From positions 521,206-585,205 of the forward strand of contig JBAYJA010000001.1 of the NCBI GenBank assembly GCA_041665345.1: a DNA stretch of 64,000 nt, read 5' to 3'. The DNA comes from Patescibacteria group bacterium (lineage in GTDB: Bacteria; Patescibacteriota; Patescibacteriia; PEXW01). The notes under the pieces were generated by a model. That model saw only the letters and a program-made list of their open reading frames with translations, did no database searches and was not told the origin of the DNA. Position 1 is the stretch's first letter. Each line of letters starts with the position of its first letter. Positions 47,401-56,474 of this stretch are shown in pieces. A program made the position numbers and the translations under genes.

Positions 47401-47683
47401 CGCCAACCAGCTCGTCAAGGAACGTGGCTACACCGCGAAGGAGGCCATTATCCAAGCCACCGGCGTTCGCTTCCGTCCCATTGTCCTCACAAAACTGGTA
47501 GTCATTGGCGGGCTTTTGCCTCTGGCCATTGAGTCAGAATTCTGGCGCGGCTTAGCCGTGGTAATTATTGGTGGTATTGCTCTCTCCGGTTTCCTGTCCC
47601 TCATTGTCCTGCCCATTCTCTACGTTTGGATCCAGGCGGGCCGGAAGAAACTGCATGGATCTCTGACGAAACTTGAAGGTTAG
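44417..47683 (+). CDS. RND-superfamily efflux transporter permease (AcrB/MMPL-like)
   Basis: Twelve TM helices in two 6-TM bundles with two large periplasmic loops. The likely start is the ATG at 44489. No adjacent membrane-fusion protein gene. Confidence 0.8.
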   Translation: MAPWGYSEGELSPEHVFSPLTEYHMENPGQQAGSFKEHPFDWNAKLVRYFLHNSRLVWVIIGAIVIGGLFALVHFQRQGFPQVSPKIVLVQTLFPGATAEEMERQVTSVIEAAVKDVKGLKETSSTSANSFSNVVVTLEESVNLDTATQDVQSKVQAIQAELPDDAEAPKVETFSTSGPAFIFGITHESQKIDTIRQVASDVIHALSDVPGVKSVTLAADAPEQIHITFDPAKMSQAGVNLQILQLALQGANVNFPAGTLDLDGKAQSIVTIGAYSRLEDISNLLLGVNPQTKQPIRVQDIAKVTRGFATEENIDRFGYITNNQLVSRPGVLVNIMVTNDADVIKTKAAIDAHLAEMRDANTLAKEVDVVELSDTARDTKNQIGEILDGAVGSPANAYFLGGIQLLFLVMLVFVNWRTAIVAALAIPLSMLFTFTALAITGTQLNTIVLFSLILVLGLIVDPAIIMIEAIQRYRDLQHSATDAVLESGRRYGASLFMAVLASIIVFLPFGVVSGIFGEIITYIPLTVIPALIASYLIPIAILPMLSKWLMRPRRVKAGDQAIAAEDEGLWPVARWFMSVSQKLLKAKWRQITTIVVALILVMASVSIVGSGKVQVVQFSKANDNPYISIDARFTKGLTFADRSATGTALEALLLDEPGVAKFFYYQQSRDNLFLFAELQAKAERDAENTSKKIVERLKANVAAVPHLDDVLVGELGVGPPEADYQIQVQLNDNDPTILEKAAVDIGNHLRSLEHIIRVDDGYTGKGESEVRVTLDRTKVQVAGLSSFEIGQQLKAVIGETTVTKFTGEGGSADVILKNGAVPKDLEAIRNLPLVSSRTGQTVRVRDVATVQQESTVSAIQRFDGLRYVSVRARIDDSKNLVAVQQKLNDYLTDEKLEQLGIDSRDSRGDFDDIAKSFKDLGMALAAAILLTYIFLVLQFKSFSQPLIMLITVPLSLTGVFPALLLTGSDLGFLEVLGVTILVGIVVSVGIFLMDYANQLVKERGYTAKEAIIQATGVRFRPIVLTKLVVIGGLLPLAIESEFWRGLAVVIIGGIALSGFLSLIVLPILYVWIQAGRKKLHGSLTKLEG

Positions 47684-47699
47684 GCCATTCTCAGTTTCC

Positions 47700-47730
47700 C
47701 AGCCGCCTCATGGATTGGGGCGGTTTTTGG
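47700..47730 (+). terminator. Rho-independent terminator
   Basis: gccgcctcatggattggggcggt followed by ttttt. Confidence 0.6.
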
Positions 47731-47769
47731 GTTGTTGATTTCTCATCGTAACAATGAGATGATACGCAT

Positions 47770-48117
47770 ATGGAAAATGATATCAAGGACCTCCAAAAGC
47801 GAATTATTGCTTTCCGAGATGCGAGAGACTGGGCGAAGTTTCATCAACCAAAAGAACTGGCTATTTCTTTGGCCATTGAGGCAGCAGAGCTACTAGAAAA
47901 GTTTCAATGGCAAAAGGGCGGGACAAAGGAGTACCAGGACGAAAACCGGGAAGATATTGGGGATGAGCTTGCAGATGTCTTCATTTACGCGCTCAACTTG
48001 GCGCACCAGATGGGTTTTGACGTGAAGGAGATCGTGGAAGAGAAGTTGAAGAAGAGTGGTCTGAAGTACCCCGTGGAAAAGGCAAAAGGGACGGATAAGA
48101 AGTATACGGAGCTATGA
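47770..48117 (+). CDS. MazG-like nucleotide pyrophosphohydrolase
   Basis: EAAELLE...DELADVFIY EExxE/D motifs. Confidence 0.7.
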   Translation: MENDIKDLQKRIIAFRDARDWAKFHQPKELAISLAIEAAELLEKFQWQKGGTKEYQDENREDIGDELADVFIYALNLAHQMGFDVKEIVEEKLKKSGLKYPVEKAKGTDKKYTEL

Positions 48118-48280
48118 AAATCAACGCCATTTGGCACAAAGCACATCGAATGCCAAAGAACGCAACGCTGAAGCAGAGAATTACCTGGCACACAGGACAT
48201 GCCGAAAATTGTCAGTGCCGGGACTCAAAGGCTCATCTCAACAAACTTAAACTGAAGCAACGCCATGTTGCACTTACTGT

Positions 48281-49012
48281 ATGAATGACACATTAACGAA
48301 TTGGGTGAAGACCGCGAAACAGGCCGGCATGTCCGAGGTTAATATCATTACACAACTAAAGGGGCAAGGCTGGCGCTTAAATGATATTCAACCGGTATTG
48401 CAGACCGTGGCAGACGGAGAACGTGTCGCTACAAAGGAGTTGGTAACATTTTCTTTACCTCCGGAACCATTTTTAGGGTACTGGGTAGGTGCAGGAACTT
48501 TGTTCATTGGGATGCTTATTGTTACCGGGATTGGACTACAATTTGTCCCCAGTGACCAAGATGCACCGTTGTCAGATGTTTTTGTAAGCTGGTCTGGTCT
48601 AGCAATTATTTTTCTTCTATTTTTGGCACCGGCACTCTTCTACGTTGTTCATTTTCTGGTTCCGTGGTTCCAAAGCGCGCGTTACCACCGAACCCTTACT
48701 TTTTCGCAGACTGGCGTGAGTATGCAATTTCATGGGGGGAGGAAAGATACATATATACCCTGGGAAAAAGTTGATCATTACTCAGTAATCACTCCAAAAG
48801 CATTAGATTCTCTGGTCAAAAAAATAAACCACAGTCTTGGTACCGTCGATATTCATTTACACCAAAAATCGGCGAAGAAGTCAGTTTTTGCTGGGGCAGG
48901 CGGCACCACTTTTTTTGGCGATGATCTAAAGTACGTCCTGGAGATTCCAGCTGAAAAACAAAAAGACGTTAAGACGTTCATGAGTGCGAAGAATATTTCT
49001 TTAGAAATGTAA
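48281..49012 (+). CDS. Hypothetical membrane protein
   Basis: Two or three TM helices in the central region. Confidence 0.45.
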   Translation: MNDTLTNWVKTAKQAGMSEVNIITQLKGQGWRLNDIQPVLQTVADGERVATKELVTFSLPPEPFLGYWVGAGTLFIGMLIVTGIGLQFVPSDQDAPLSDVFVSWSGLAIIFLLFLAPALFYVVHFLVPWFQSARYHRTLTFSQTGVSMQFHGGRKDTYIPWEKVDHYSVITPKALDSLVKKINHSLGTVDIHLHQKSAKKSVFAGAGGTTFFGDDLKYVLEIPAEKQKDVKTFMSAKNISLEM

Positions 49013-49033
49013 AGTTCGTTCCATCGTATCCAT

Positions 49034-49819
49034 ATGCGAAAACTCTATCTTCTCCTCAGCGTCAGCCTTCTCCTCCTCATAGGTGCAGCCTGCACCAAGC
49101 AAGTTGCAACGACCCAGAACCAGAATAGTTCTGCTTTGGTGAATACTGCGCAAACAAATGAAAATCCGCACAGCGCAAACGCCAATGCACAGGTTGTTTC
49201 TGACACGCATTTTTTGACTGCTGATGTTTTACCCGTAAATTTGGTCGGGCAAATTTCCAAGTTTCGGTCTGGCTCCGGGCATGATTTCAACGACGGAACC
49301 GAAACTTGTCGGAGCATGAAACACTACCTTGACCCAAAGACCCGGCAGCTACTCACACCCGACGAGCTATTGAATGAGAAGTACCCAGCCACGGTTCCGG
49401 TTTACAGTCCAACCACTGGAACTATCCGGGAAATCCAAACTGAGCAATTCCCTTTGGGTAAGCAGATCCACATTGCACCCGGCATGGCCTCAGACTATAA
49501 CATTCGACTTTTTCATATTTACCCTTTGGCCACGCTGAAGGTGGGGGATAATGTAGCTGCCGGTCAGCAAATTGGGACTATTAAAGCAGTGCAAGGTTTT
49601 GACATTGCGGTGGAGAAGTTTGGCGCTCAACGTCCTTCGCTTCTCTCGATGTTCGAGGTGATGAATGAGCAGCAACTCGCAGCATGGGCAGCACGGGGTG
49701 TCACCCCAGCAAATGCAATTATCTCTAAAGCCGCCCGGGATGCAGACTCTCTAACCTGCAATGGCGAAGCTTTTACGACAAGCCAAGAGAATGCCAAGGA
49801 TTGGGTGAAGTTGAAGTAG
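49034..49819 (+). CDS. Lipoprotein, N/T-rich linker family
   Basis: Lipobox LLIGAAC and a Q/N-rich linker. C-terminal domain similar to the 40206 lipoprotein. Confidence 0.6.
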   Translation: MRKLYLLLSVSLLLLIGAACTKQVATTQNQNSSALVNTAQTNENPHSANANAQVVSDTHFLTADVLPVNLVGQISKFRSGSGHDFNDGTETCRSMKHYLDPKTRQLLTPDELLNEKYPATVPVYSPTTGTIREIQTEQFPLGKQIHIAPGMASDYNIRLFHIYPLATLKVGDNVAAGQQIGTIKAVQGFDIAVEKFGAQRPSLLSMFEVMNEQQLAAWAARGVTPANAIISKAARDADSLTCNGEAFTTSQENAKDWVKLK

Positions 49820-49865
49820 ACTGATTTACTACGAAAGTTTGAGTTGAAACGCCTACACCATTGAC

Positions 49866-49905
49866 AATGGAAAAGCCAAAAAAAACGGACAACCATAGTG
49901 GTGTC
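49866..49905. terminator. Bidirectional rho-independent terminator
   Basis: acggacaaccatagtggtgtccgt flanked by an A-run and a T-run. Confidence 0.65.
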
Positions 49906-49939
49906 CGTTTTTTTACAAGGAGCCTGTAGAAGACCGGTA

Positions 49940-50647
49940 TTAGTCGTCAGAGCGACCAAAAATCCGGAGGAGGTGCAAAAAGAGATTCACAATGTCCAGG
50001 TAGATTGCAACTGAAACGTCTACAGCGTTATCAAGTGTGTAATCTAGCTCCAACGCGCGATTCCAGTCGAACATGATGTAACAGGTGAAGAGTATGGCAC
50101 CACCGTAATCAAGGATACTTACCCACCAGGGGACGGCTGCGGTGACATCGACAATTGGGGCAAAGAAGACTTCGAGGAGACGTCCTGCGAGTAGGACCAG
50201 TAAACCCGCAAAAAGGTACTTACTCCAATGCTGAAGCGAGCCTGGGTAGATGATGCCAATGATCGACATAATCGTCGAAACGCCGATTGTCATCAACAAG
50301 GCATTGATGACCACATCTGTTTTATAGAGAGCAACCGTAGGTCCACAGAGTGCCCCAAGCGGAATGACTACCATTAGGTAGCCAAGGAAGGAAATCACCC
50401 AGTTACGGCTGTTGACTGAAATGATTATTCCGGCAATGGGAATCCCGAGGCCGATGACAATAGCCATCAACCAGTGTGGTTGCCATGCCAAGCACTGATA
50501 CGCCATCAACGCGGACGCGATGAGTCCCAATAAGGTAAAGAATGTCACCGCAAAGATGTACGTCCGCTCCGACATACTGGGTGTTTGAGCCCGGGACCAG
50601 CCACGATCCCAAACCGAATCAGATAATCCCATACTTTCTCCTCTCAC
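49940..50647 (-). CDS. Bax inhibitor-1/YccA family membrane protein
   Basis: Seven predicted TM helices, BI-1-like organisation. Confidence 0.6.
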   Translation of the reverse strand: MRGESMGLSDSVWDRGWSRAQTPSMSERTYIFAVTFFTLLGLIASALMAYQCLAWQPHWLMAIVIGLGIPIAGIIISVNSRNWVISFLGYLMVVIPLGALCGPTVALYKTDVVINALLMTIGVSTIMSIIGIIYPGSLQHWSKYLFAGLLVLLAGRLLEVFFAPIVDVTAAVPWWVSILDYGGAILFTCYIMFDWNRALELDYTLDNAVDVSVAIYLDIVNLFLHLLRIFGRSDD

Positions 50648-50823
50648 TTTCTGTCCTCAAGTTATTCTACTGTCAAAGAGTTTGCTCATTACTGTAGCGC
50701 TATTTCAACACTTTGTCAAGTCCTTGTGCGCTTCCATGAAAAATATAAAGGATTTGATGAAGTAGGCGGTATTTATGCAAAATGAAAAAGCGGGAAGATT
50801 TCTCTTCCCGCTTGTATGTACAA

Positions 50824-52203
50824 TTAGAACTTTCGCCCAGCGCCGCCACCGCCAAAGCGACCGCCACCGGGTTTGTACCCAGCGCCGCCACCAGACCGGG
50901 AACCGCCAAACGAGCTCGTTCGTCGGGTTTGATTCAGACTGGTGTACGTTTGCCGTGGATGCAAATCATCTTCGGCATAGCTCAGGGCGCTGCCCATAAG
51001 CTGTGTTGCATCCCTCAGGTGCTTGCTGACCTCCAACCAGTCAATTGGCGTCTCCGCAATCGATGCCTTAGCTGCTTGTAACGATTTTTCGGCACTCGAA
51101 AGTTTGGCCTTGGCTTCCTTTCCAACTTTCTCGTCGGCAACGGTTTTGCTCGCTATTGCAAGTGCATTTGTGAGTTTCTGTAGTTCTTCTGGAACTGTTT
51201 GCTGTGCGTGACGTAAATCCGCCAACCGAGCTGAGATTGCGAGAACAGATGCCTCAGCTTGGTTCGCCAGTATCAGCGCTTCTGCTGCAGCTGATGCAGC
51301 TTCGATTATGTCGTCTCGTTTTTCAGACTTCAGTAGCGTCGTTGCACGTTGCATGTGCTGCTCTGCTTTCGTGTGGAGTTTGGCAACGACGCTTGCGAAA
51401 CCTGTCAGTGCGTTCCAGTTTACTGGCGGGTAGTTTTCTCGCAGATGCTGGAGAAGTTTTTCCTTTTCTGGAATTCCTTCTGTTGCACGAGCAAAGGTTT
51501 GTTTTACATTTCCTAAGCTCTTCTGCGCATCTTGCCGAGTTCGTTGCAAAAAGCGTTTGCGTTGAATTGGGATGTAAATAATTGCCGTAATCCCCCCAAT
51601 GACCATAAGACCCAGAAGAACCATCAGGAAACCTTGTAGCAATGCCGCCGTCTCCTGCTTCTCTCGCTGTTGTACTTGCGTGTTGTATGCAAGGCGCTGT
51701 TCCCACGATTTTTCTCCTAGAGTGCGTTGTACGGCTTGCACCCCAGCCAGCAGTGCTTCAGCGTAGTGTTCCTGCTTCAACAAACCCATCATGTCTTGAT
51801 CAATGATATGACCGCAAGCAATGTCCGGTAACTCATTTTCAATGCCGTAACCGGTATGGAAACGTACTTCCCGAGCATCAGGATCTACGGTGAGATGGAG
51901 AATGATGCCATTATCCAAACCTTGCTTTCCTGGCTTCCATACATCACCCAGCTTTTGGGTAAATGTAAACATGTCGTATCCACCAAGATTGGCAGTCGTC
52001 ACCACCACGATTTCAATGCTGGTTGTGGTGTCGTAGGATTTCAGAATACTGTTCAAATGCGCACGCTGCGCATTGGAAAAAACACCAGCGTGGTCCTGTA
52101 CGTACTCCCACTTTTCGTTGAAGACTGGGACTTCTTGCCCAAACCCAACGGTAATCATACTGGCAATAACCAGTGCTAGCCCAAGGAAAAATACTCGTCG
52201 CAT
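50824..52203 (-). CDS. TPM-domain (YgcG-like) membrane protein with Gly-rich C-terminus
   Basis: Signal peptide, TPM phosphatase-like domain, TM helix, coiled coil and a GGGAGYKPGGGRFGGGG tail. Confidence 0.65.
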   Translation of the reverse strand: MRRVFFLGLALVIASMITVGFGQEVPVFNEKWEYVQDHAGVFSNAQRAHLNSILKSYDTTTSIEIVVVTTANLGGYDMFTFTQKLGDVWKPGKQGLDNGIILHLTVDPDAREVRFHTGYGIENELPDIACGHIIDQDMMGLLKQEHYAEALLAGVQAVQRTLGEKSWEQRLAYNTQVQQREKQETAALLQGFLMVLLGLMVIGGITAIIYIPIQRKRFLQRTRQDAQKSLGNVKQTFARATEGIPEKEKLLQHLRENYPPVNWNALTGFASVVAKLHTKAEQHMQRATTLLKSEKRDDIIEAASAAAEALILANQAEASVLAISARLADLRHAQQTVPEELQKLTNALAIASKTVADEKVGKEAKAKLSSAEKSLQAAKASIAETPIDWLEVSKHLRDATQLMGSALSYAEDDLHPRQTYTSLNQTRRTSSFGGSRSGGGAGYKPGGGRFGGGGAGRKF

Positions 52204-52320
52204 CTCGCTTCCTCCTGTTCGGTGATATTGTATTGTTAATGAACACCTGAAACTACCTCATAAAACCTACTTTGTCAAGGTGTAACCATACTTCAGTTTT
52301 TTCCTCTATACTCAACTCCT

Positions 52321-52818
52321 ATGCGCATTCCCACCCGTAAACCCGGTAAGTACGCTGACCTCTTCCGCGATCCTCACATGACGCAGGAGAAATTTGATGA
52401 ACTCAGCGCACTCCTGGCTCGTCTAAAGAAAGCTAGGCCAGAAGCAGCGGCTGAAGTGAAACGTCTAGCCGAGATGGGGGACTTTTCCGAAAACGCGGCA
52501 TACCAACTCGCCAAAGGCCGGTTGCGTGGGTTGAACCAAAAGCTCATGGAAACTGAGGATCATCTCAAACATGCGAAAATCATCTCCACGGCAAAAGGTA
52601 ACGGCGTTGTGCAGCTAGGAAGTACAGTAACCGTGAACCAGGCTGGGAAGCAGCAGACGTACCGGATTCTTGGGCCAACCGAGACAAATCCTAGCAAAGG
52701 GATTATTTCGCATGTGTCACCGTTGGGTGCAGCATTACAAGGCAAGAAAGTAGGGGATACAGTGCAAATGAATATTGGATCGGACACTGTTCGCATTACC
52801 ATCATCAGCGTGGCTTGA
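52321..52818 (+). CDS. greA: Transcription elongation factor GreA
   Basis: N-terminal coiled coil with DFSENAAY and a C-terminal FKBP-like domain. Confidence 0.85.
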   Translation: MRIPTRKPGKYADLFRDPHMTQEKFDELSALLARLKKARPEAAAEVKRLAEMGDFSENAAYQLAKGRLRGLNQKLMETEDHLKHAKIISTAKGNGVVQLGSTVTVNQAGKQQTYRILGPTETNPSKGIISHVSPLGAALQGKKVGDTVQMNIGSDTVRITIISVA

Positions 52819-52852
52819 CACTGTATTATAATAAGATTATAATACATCTACT

Positions 52853-53092
52853 ATGACCCAAAAAGTCCTAAAAGTTGGCGATTCCGCGGCGGTGACTATT
52901 TCAAAGGAATCACTGAAAAACCTTGGCTGGAAGGTTGGTTCACGCGTAAATGTTACCGTTGACCCACTGAAGCAAATAGTAAAGATAGTCCCGGAAAAGC
53001 GTCAGAATGCTGATGAAGACAAGATCGCAAAATTGACGATGCGTTTTATTGAGCGTTATCGTTCAGACTTGTTAGCCCTAGCAAAACAGTAA
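52853..53092 (+). CDS. AbrB/MazE-type antitoxin
   Basis: VLKVGDSAAVTISKESLKNLGWKVGSRVNV swapped-hairpin motif. Overlaps the toxin start. Confidence 0.65.
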   Translation: MTQKVLKVGDSAAVTISKESLKNLGWKVGSRVNVTVDPLKQIVKIVPEKRQNADEDKIAKLTMRFIERYRSDLLALAKQ

Positions 53093-53481
53093 TGCGATAC
53101 CTTAAAGTTGAGCATCTCTTGAAGATGCACTCATTTGTAGTAGACGAAACTGGTGGCGCTCATGGTCTTCGTGATCGTGGGCGCTTAGAAAGTGCAACAA
53201 CCCGACCGCAACAGAGTGTGTTTGGAAAAGAATTATTCCCAACAATTTTTCAAAAGGCGGCTGCGTATGCACACGCAATAATTTTTGACCATCCATTTGT
53301 AGATGGAAACAAACGAACAGCTATGACTGCAGCGCTCGTTTTCCTTGAAGACAATGGTTTTCGCTGTGTTACAAAAGAAGGTGAAATTCATGCATTCGCT
53401 TTACGGATTGTCCGTGAGAAAATGGAAATTCCTTCAATTGCAATCTGGCTGCAAAAACATACTGAGCAAATAAGAAACTGA
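53092..53481 (+). CDS. doc: Doc (death-on-curing) / Fic-family toxin
   Basis: Fic motif HPFVDGNKRTA. Confidence 0.8.
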   Translation: MRYLKVEHLLKMHSFVVDETGGAHGLRDRGRLESATTRPQQSVFGKELFPTIFQKAAAYAHAIIFDHPFVDGNKRTAMTAALVFLEDNGFRCVTKEGEIHAFALRIVREKMEIPSIAIWLQKHTEQIRN

Positions 53482-53486
53482 ACCCC

Positions 53487-54959
53487 ATGACACATGATTC
53501 CGTTGTTCTCCGTTTTTCCGACGTCAGCTTTGAGTACGAACGCAGCCACAAAAAGTTGCTGGACGACGTGTCTTTTTCTGTACGCACGGGCAGCCGCATC
53601 ACGCTCATGGGCCAGAATGGCGCAGGGAAGAGTACTATTTTTAAACTCATTACCGGGGAAGCTGAACCAACCGAAGGCCAGGTCTTCCGAACGCCAAGCA
53701 ATGCTACTGTTGCCATTGCCCGGCAAGTGATGCCCAAGGACATGCTGGGGCTGAGTATCCGGGACTACTTTGCCACAGCTTTCACGGAGGTCGAATACAG
53801 TCTGGATAAGCTTATTAAAGATGTCTTTGCAATTGTTCACCTAGATGTACCAATCACCAAACTGGTGAAGGAACTTTCTGGCGGGCAACAAGCGAGGTTA
53901 CTGCTCGCACATGCACTCATTCAGAAGCCTGACATTCTGTTGCTGGATGAGCCCACGAACAATTTGGACCAGCATGGGATTGACCACCTCACCAGCTTCC
54001 TGGTGATGTATGAGAAAACCTGCCTGGTCATTTCGCACGATGCTGACTTCCTGAATGCATTTTCCGACGGGGTGCTGTACTTGGACGTGCACACGCAGAA
54101 GGTGGAGCAGTACACGGGGAACTACACAGATGTGGTAGAGGAGATTAGCCAGCGGATTGAACGTGAAAATTTACTCAATGCTCGTATGCAGCGCCAGGTG
54201 AAGGAGAAGCGGGCGCAGGCTGAAGTCTTTGCCCACAAAGGCGGCAAACTCCGGTTCGTAGCCAAGCGCATGCGGCAAGCAGCAGAGTCTGCCGAAGAAA
54301 GTATTGTCAGCGTTCGCCAAGAGGATAAAGCTATTCGACCTTTTACCATTCTCTGCCAAAACTTTGACAGCCACTTCCATGGGAAAATTGTGCAGCTCCA
54401 TGCTGTGGGCGCCATGTACAACCACAAAGTGGCAATCAAGAAATTTGATCTGGATATTCGGAAAAATACCCACATTGTGCTTGCGGGTCCAAATGGCATT
54501 GGGAAGAGCACGTTGCTGGCCGTGCTCGCCGCAGGCTCGTCCGACTATGCCACCATTGCCCCAGAGGTTGTGGTTGGGTACTACCAGCAGGACTTTGGGA
54601 ACTTGGATGGTGAGCAAATTGCGTACGACGCTTTGGTGGAAGTCATGGCCGAACGAGATGAGCACAAGCTGCGCTCCACAGCCGCTGGGTTTCTGCTGGA
54701 CGGAGCTATTCTCTCCCGCAAAATTGAAGCGCTATCCGAAGGGCAGAAGGCGCTACTCTCGTACAGCCGTCTAGTTTTGCAAAAACCTGGACTACTCATT
54801 TTAGATGAGCCAACCAACCATGTGAATTTCCGCCATTTGCCTGTCCTGGCTGACGCACTGGATCAGTACCAAGGAGCAATGATTATGGTTTCGCACATTC
54901 CAGAGTTTGTGCAGCAAATCCGCGTGGATACGGTTATTGACCTCGCAGCGATACGGTAA
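53487..54959 (+). CDS. ABC-F family ATPase (two tandem ABC domains, no TMD)
   Basis: Two Walker A motifs (GQNGAGKST, GPNGIGKST) and two signature motifs. Confidence 0.8.
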   Translation: MTHDSVVLRFSDVSFEYERSHKKLLDDVSFSVRTGSRITLMGQNGAGKSTIFKLITGEAEPTEGQVFRTPSNATVAIARQVMPKDMLGLSIRDYFATAFTEVEYSLDKLIKDVFAIVHLDVPITKLVKELSGGQQARLLLAHALIQKPDILLLDEPTNNLDQHGIDHLTSFLVMYEKTCLVISHDADFLNAFSDGVLYLDVHTQKVEQYTGNYTDVVEEISQRIERENLLNARMQRQVKEKRAQAEVFAHKGGKLRFVAKRMRQAAESAEESIVSVRQEDKAIRPFTILCQNFDSHFHGKIVQLHAVGAMYNHKVAIKKFDLDIRKNTHIVLAGPNGIGKSTLLAVLAAGSSDYATIAPEVVVGYYQQDFGNLDGEQIAYDALVEVMAERDEHKLRSTAAGFLLDGAILSRKIEALSEGQKALLSYSRLVLQKPGLLILDEPTNHVNFRHLPVLADALDQYQGAMIMVSHIPEFVQQIRVDTVIDLAAIR

Positions 54960-56194
54960 TGTCGGTGTACGACCTTTTGGTCATTGGTGGTGGCGCAGCG
55001 GGGATGATGGCCGCAGGCAGGGCTGCCGAGCGTGGGAAACGTGTACTCCTCCTTGAGAAGAATGCACAGCTTGGTGCAAAGCTCGCTATAACCGGTGGTG
55101 GTCGGTGCAACATTACCAACGCAGAAGAGAACCAGCGTCTGTTTTTGGCACACTTTGGGAAGGCGGAAAAATTCCTCTACTCGTCCTTTGCCCAATTTGA
55201 CAATCAAGATGCAATGCGGTTTTTCACGGATCAGGGGTTGCCCACTGTGGTCCAAGCCGGTCAGAGAGCATTTCCAAAAACGGAACGCGCTGAGGATGTG
55301 GTTCGTCTGTTCGTCAACTACTTGGCATGCGGAAAAGTGGAGGTGCGGAAGCGAACAACCGTAGAAACCATCCGTATAGTTGATGGAAAAATAGCTGGCG
55401 TTGTGGTGGGGAAAGAACTCATGGTTGCAAAAAATTATCTATTGGCTACAGGCGGACGTTCCCATCCTGAGACTGGTTCAACCGGTGATGGTTTCCGGTG
55501 GCTGGCAAAGTTAGGGCATACCGTAGTACCCCCAACACCAACCATTGTTCCACTCGCTGTCGCTGACACCTGGGTAAAAAACTTAGCTGGTGTCGCATTG
55601 GATGATGTGCACGTAAGCTTTTTCCAAAAAGGGCAGAAGCTATTGCAGTTGAAGGGCCGGATACTCTGCACCCACTTTGGCTTGTCAGGCCCGCTCATTC
55701 TCAACGCTGCGGGCAAGGTGGGGGATATGCTCCGCCAGGGTAAAGTGACCGTGAGTATTGATGTTTTTCCAAAACTGGACTTTGGTAGCCTCGATAAGCA
55801 CATCACCAAAGTTTTTGATCAAAATAAAAACAAAGTGTTGAAAAATGTGCTGCGACTCCTCACGCCAACCGGCACGGCAGCCAGCATCATTACCTTACTT
55901 CCCAGAGTTCTACACGAAAAGAAAATTCATAGTATCTCCCAAGCTGAGCGGAAAGCTCTGGGGCAATTATTGAAGGCTCTGCCCATCACCGTTCAAGGTC
56001 TTATGGGCTATGAATGGGCTGTGGTGGCAGACGGTGGTGTTCCCATTCGTGAGGTGGATGGGAAGACTTTTCGATCTCGGAAATACGACAATCTTTTCAT
56101 TACTGGCGACCTACTGCACATTACCCGGCCTTCAGGCGGGTACTCTTTACAACTGTGCTGGACCAGTGGGTACGTAGCCGGAAATCATACCTAG
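54959..56194 (+). CDS. HI0933-like FAD-dependent oxidoreductase
   Basis: DLLVIGGGAAGMMAAGRAAERGKRVLLLEK FAD-binding fold. Confidence 0.75.
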   Translation: MSVYDLLVIGGGAAGMMAAGRAAERGKRVLLLEKNAQLGAKLAITGGGRCNITNAEENQRLFLAHFGKAEKFLYSSFAQFDNQDAMRFFTDQGLPTVVQAGQRAFPKTERAEDVVRLFVNYLACGKVEVRKRTTVETIRIVDGKIAGVVVGKELMVAKNYLLATGGRSHPETGSTGDGFRWLAKLGHTVVPPTPTIVPLAVADTWVKNLAGVALDDVHVSFFQKGQKLLQLKGRILCTHFGLSGPLILNAAGKVGDMLRQGKVTVSIDVFPKLDFGSLDKHITKVFDQNKNKVLKNVLRLLTPTGTAASIITLLPRVLHEKKIHSISQAERKALGQLLKALPITVQGLMGYEWAVVADGGVPIREVDGKTFRSRKYDNLFITGDLLHITRPSGGYSLQLCWTSGYVAGNHT

Positions 56195-56210
56195 TTGCTA
56201 TACTTGCGCT

Positions 56211-56474
56211 ATGGATACCTTGCAAGCGCAAATTGCAGAAATCCAAGCTAGAAATGCCAGGGTTGAAGCTGACAAAGCTTGGGAGCGAAGTTGGATACGT
56301 CGTGGCTTTATTGCCCTAACGACGTACGTTTTTGCGCTCCTTTGGTTGCTTGTCATTCACAGTGACCGGCCATTCCTCACTGCGCTCATCCCTTCTGTTG
56401 GGTACGTGCTTTCAACCATTTCCCTTCGCTCACTACAGCAAAGGTGGTTGGCACGCAAGAAGCAAGTCGTATGA
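56211..56474 (+). CDS. Hypothetical small membrane protein
   Basis: Two TM helices. Confidence 0.4.
   Translation: MDTLQAQIAEIQARNARVEADKAWERSWIRRGFIALTTYVFALLWLLVIHSDRPFLTALIPSVGYVLSTISLRSLQQRWLARKKQVV

Noticed and set aside
47770-48117. MazG-like gene as part of a toxin-antitoxin or defence pair with the RND transporter
   Set aside because: It is separated from the RND transporter by a strong terminator and has no overlapping partner gene. Stand-alone housekeeping NTP pyrophosphohydrolases are common.
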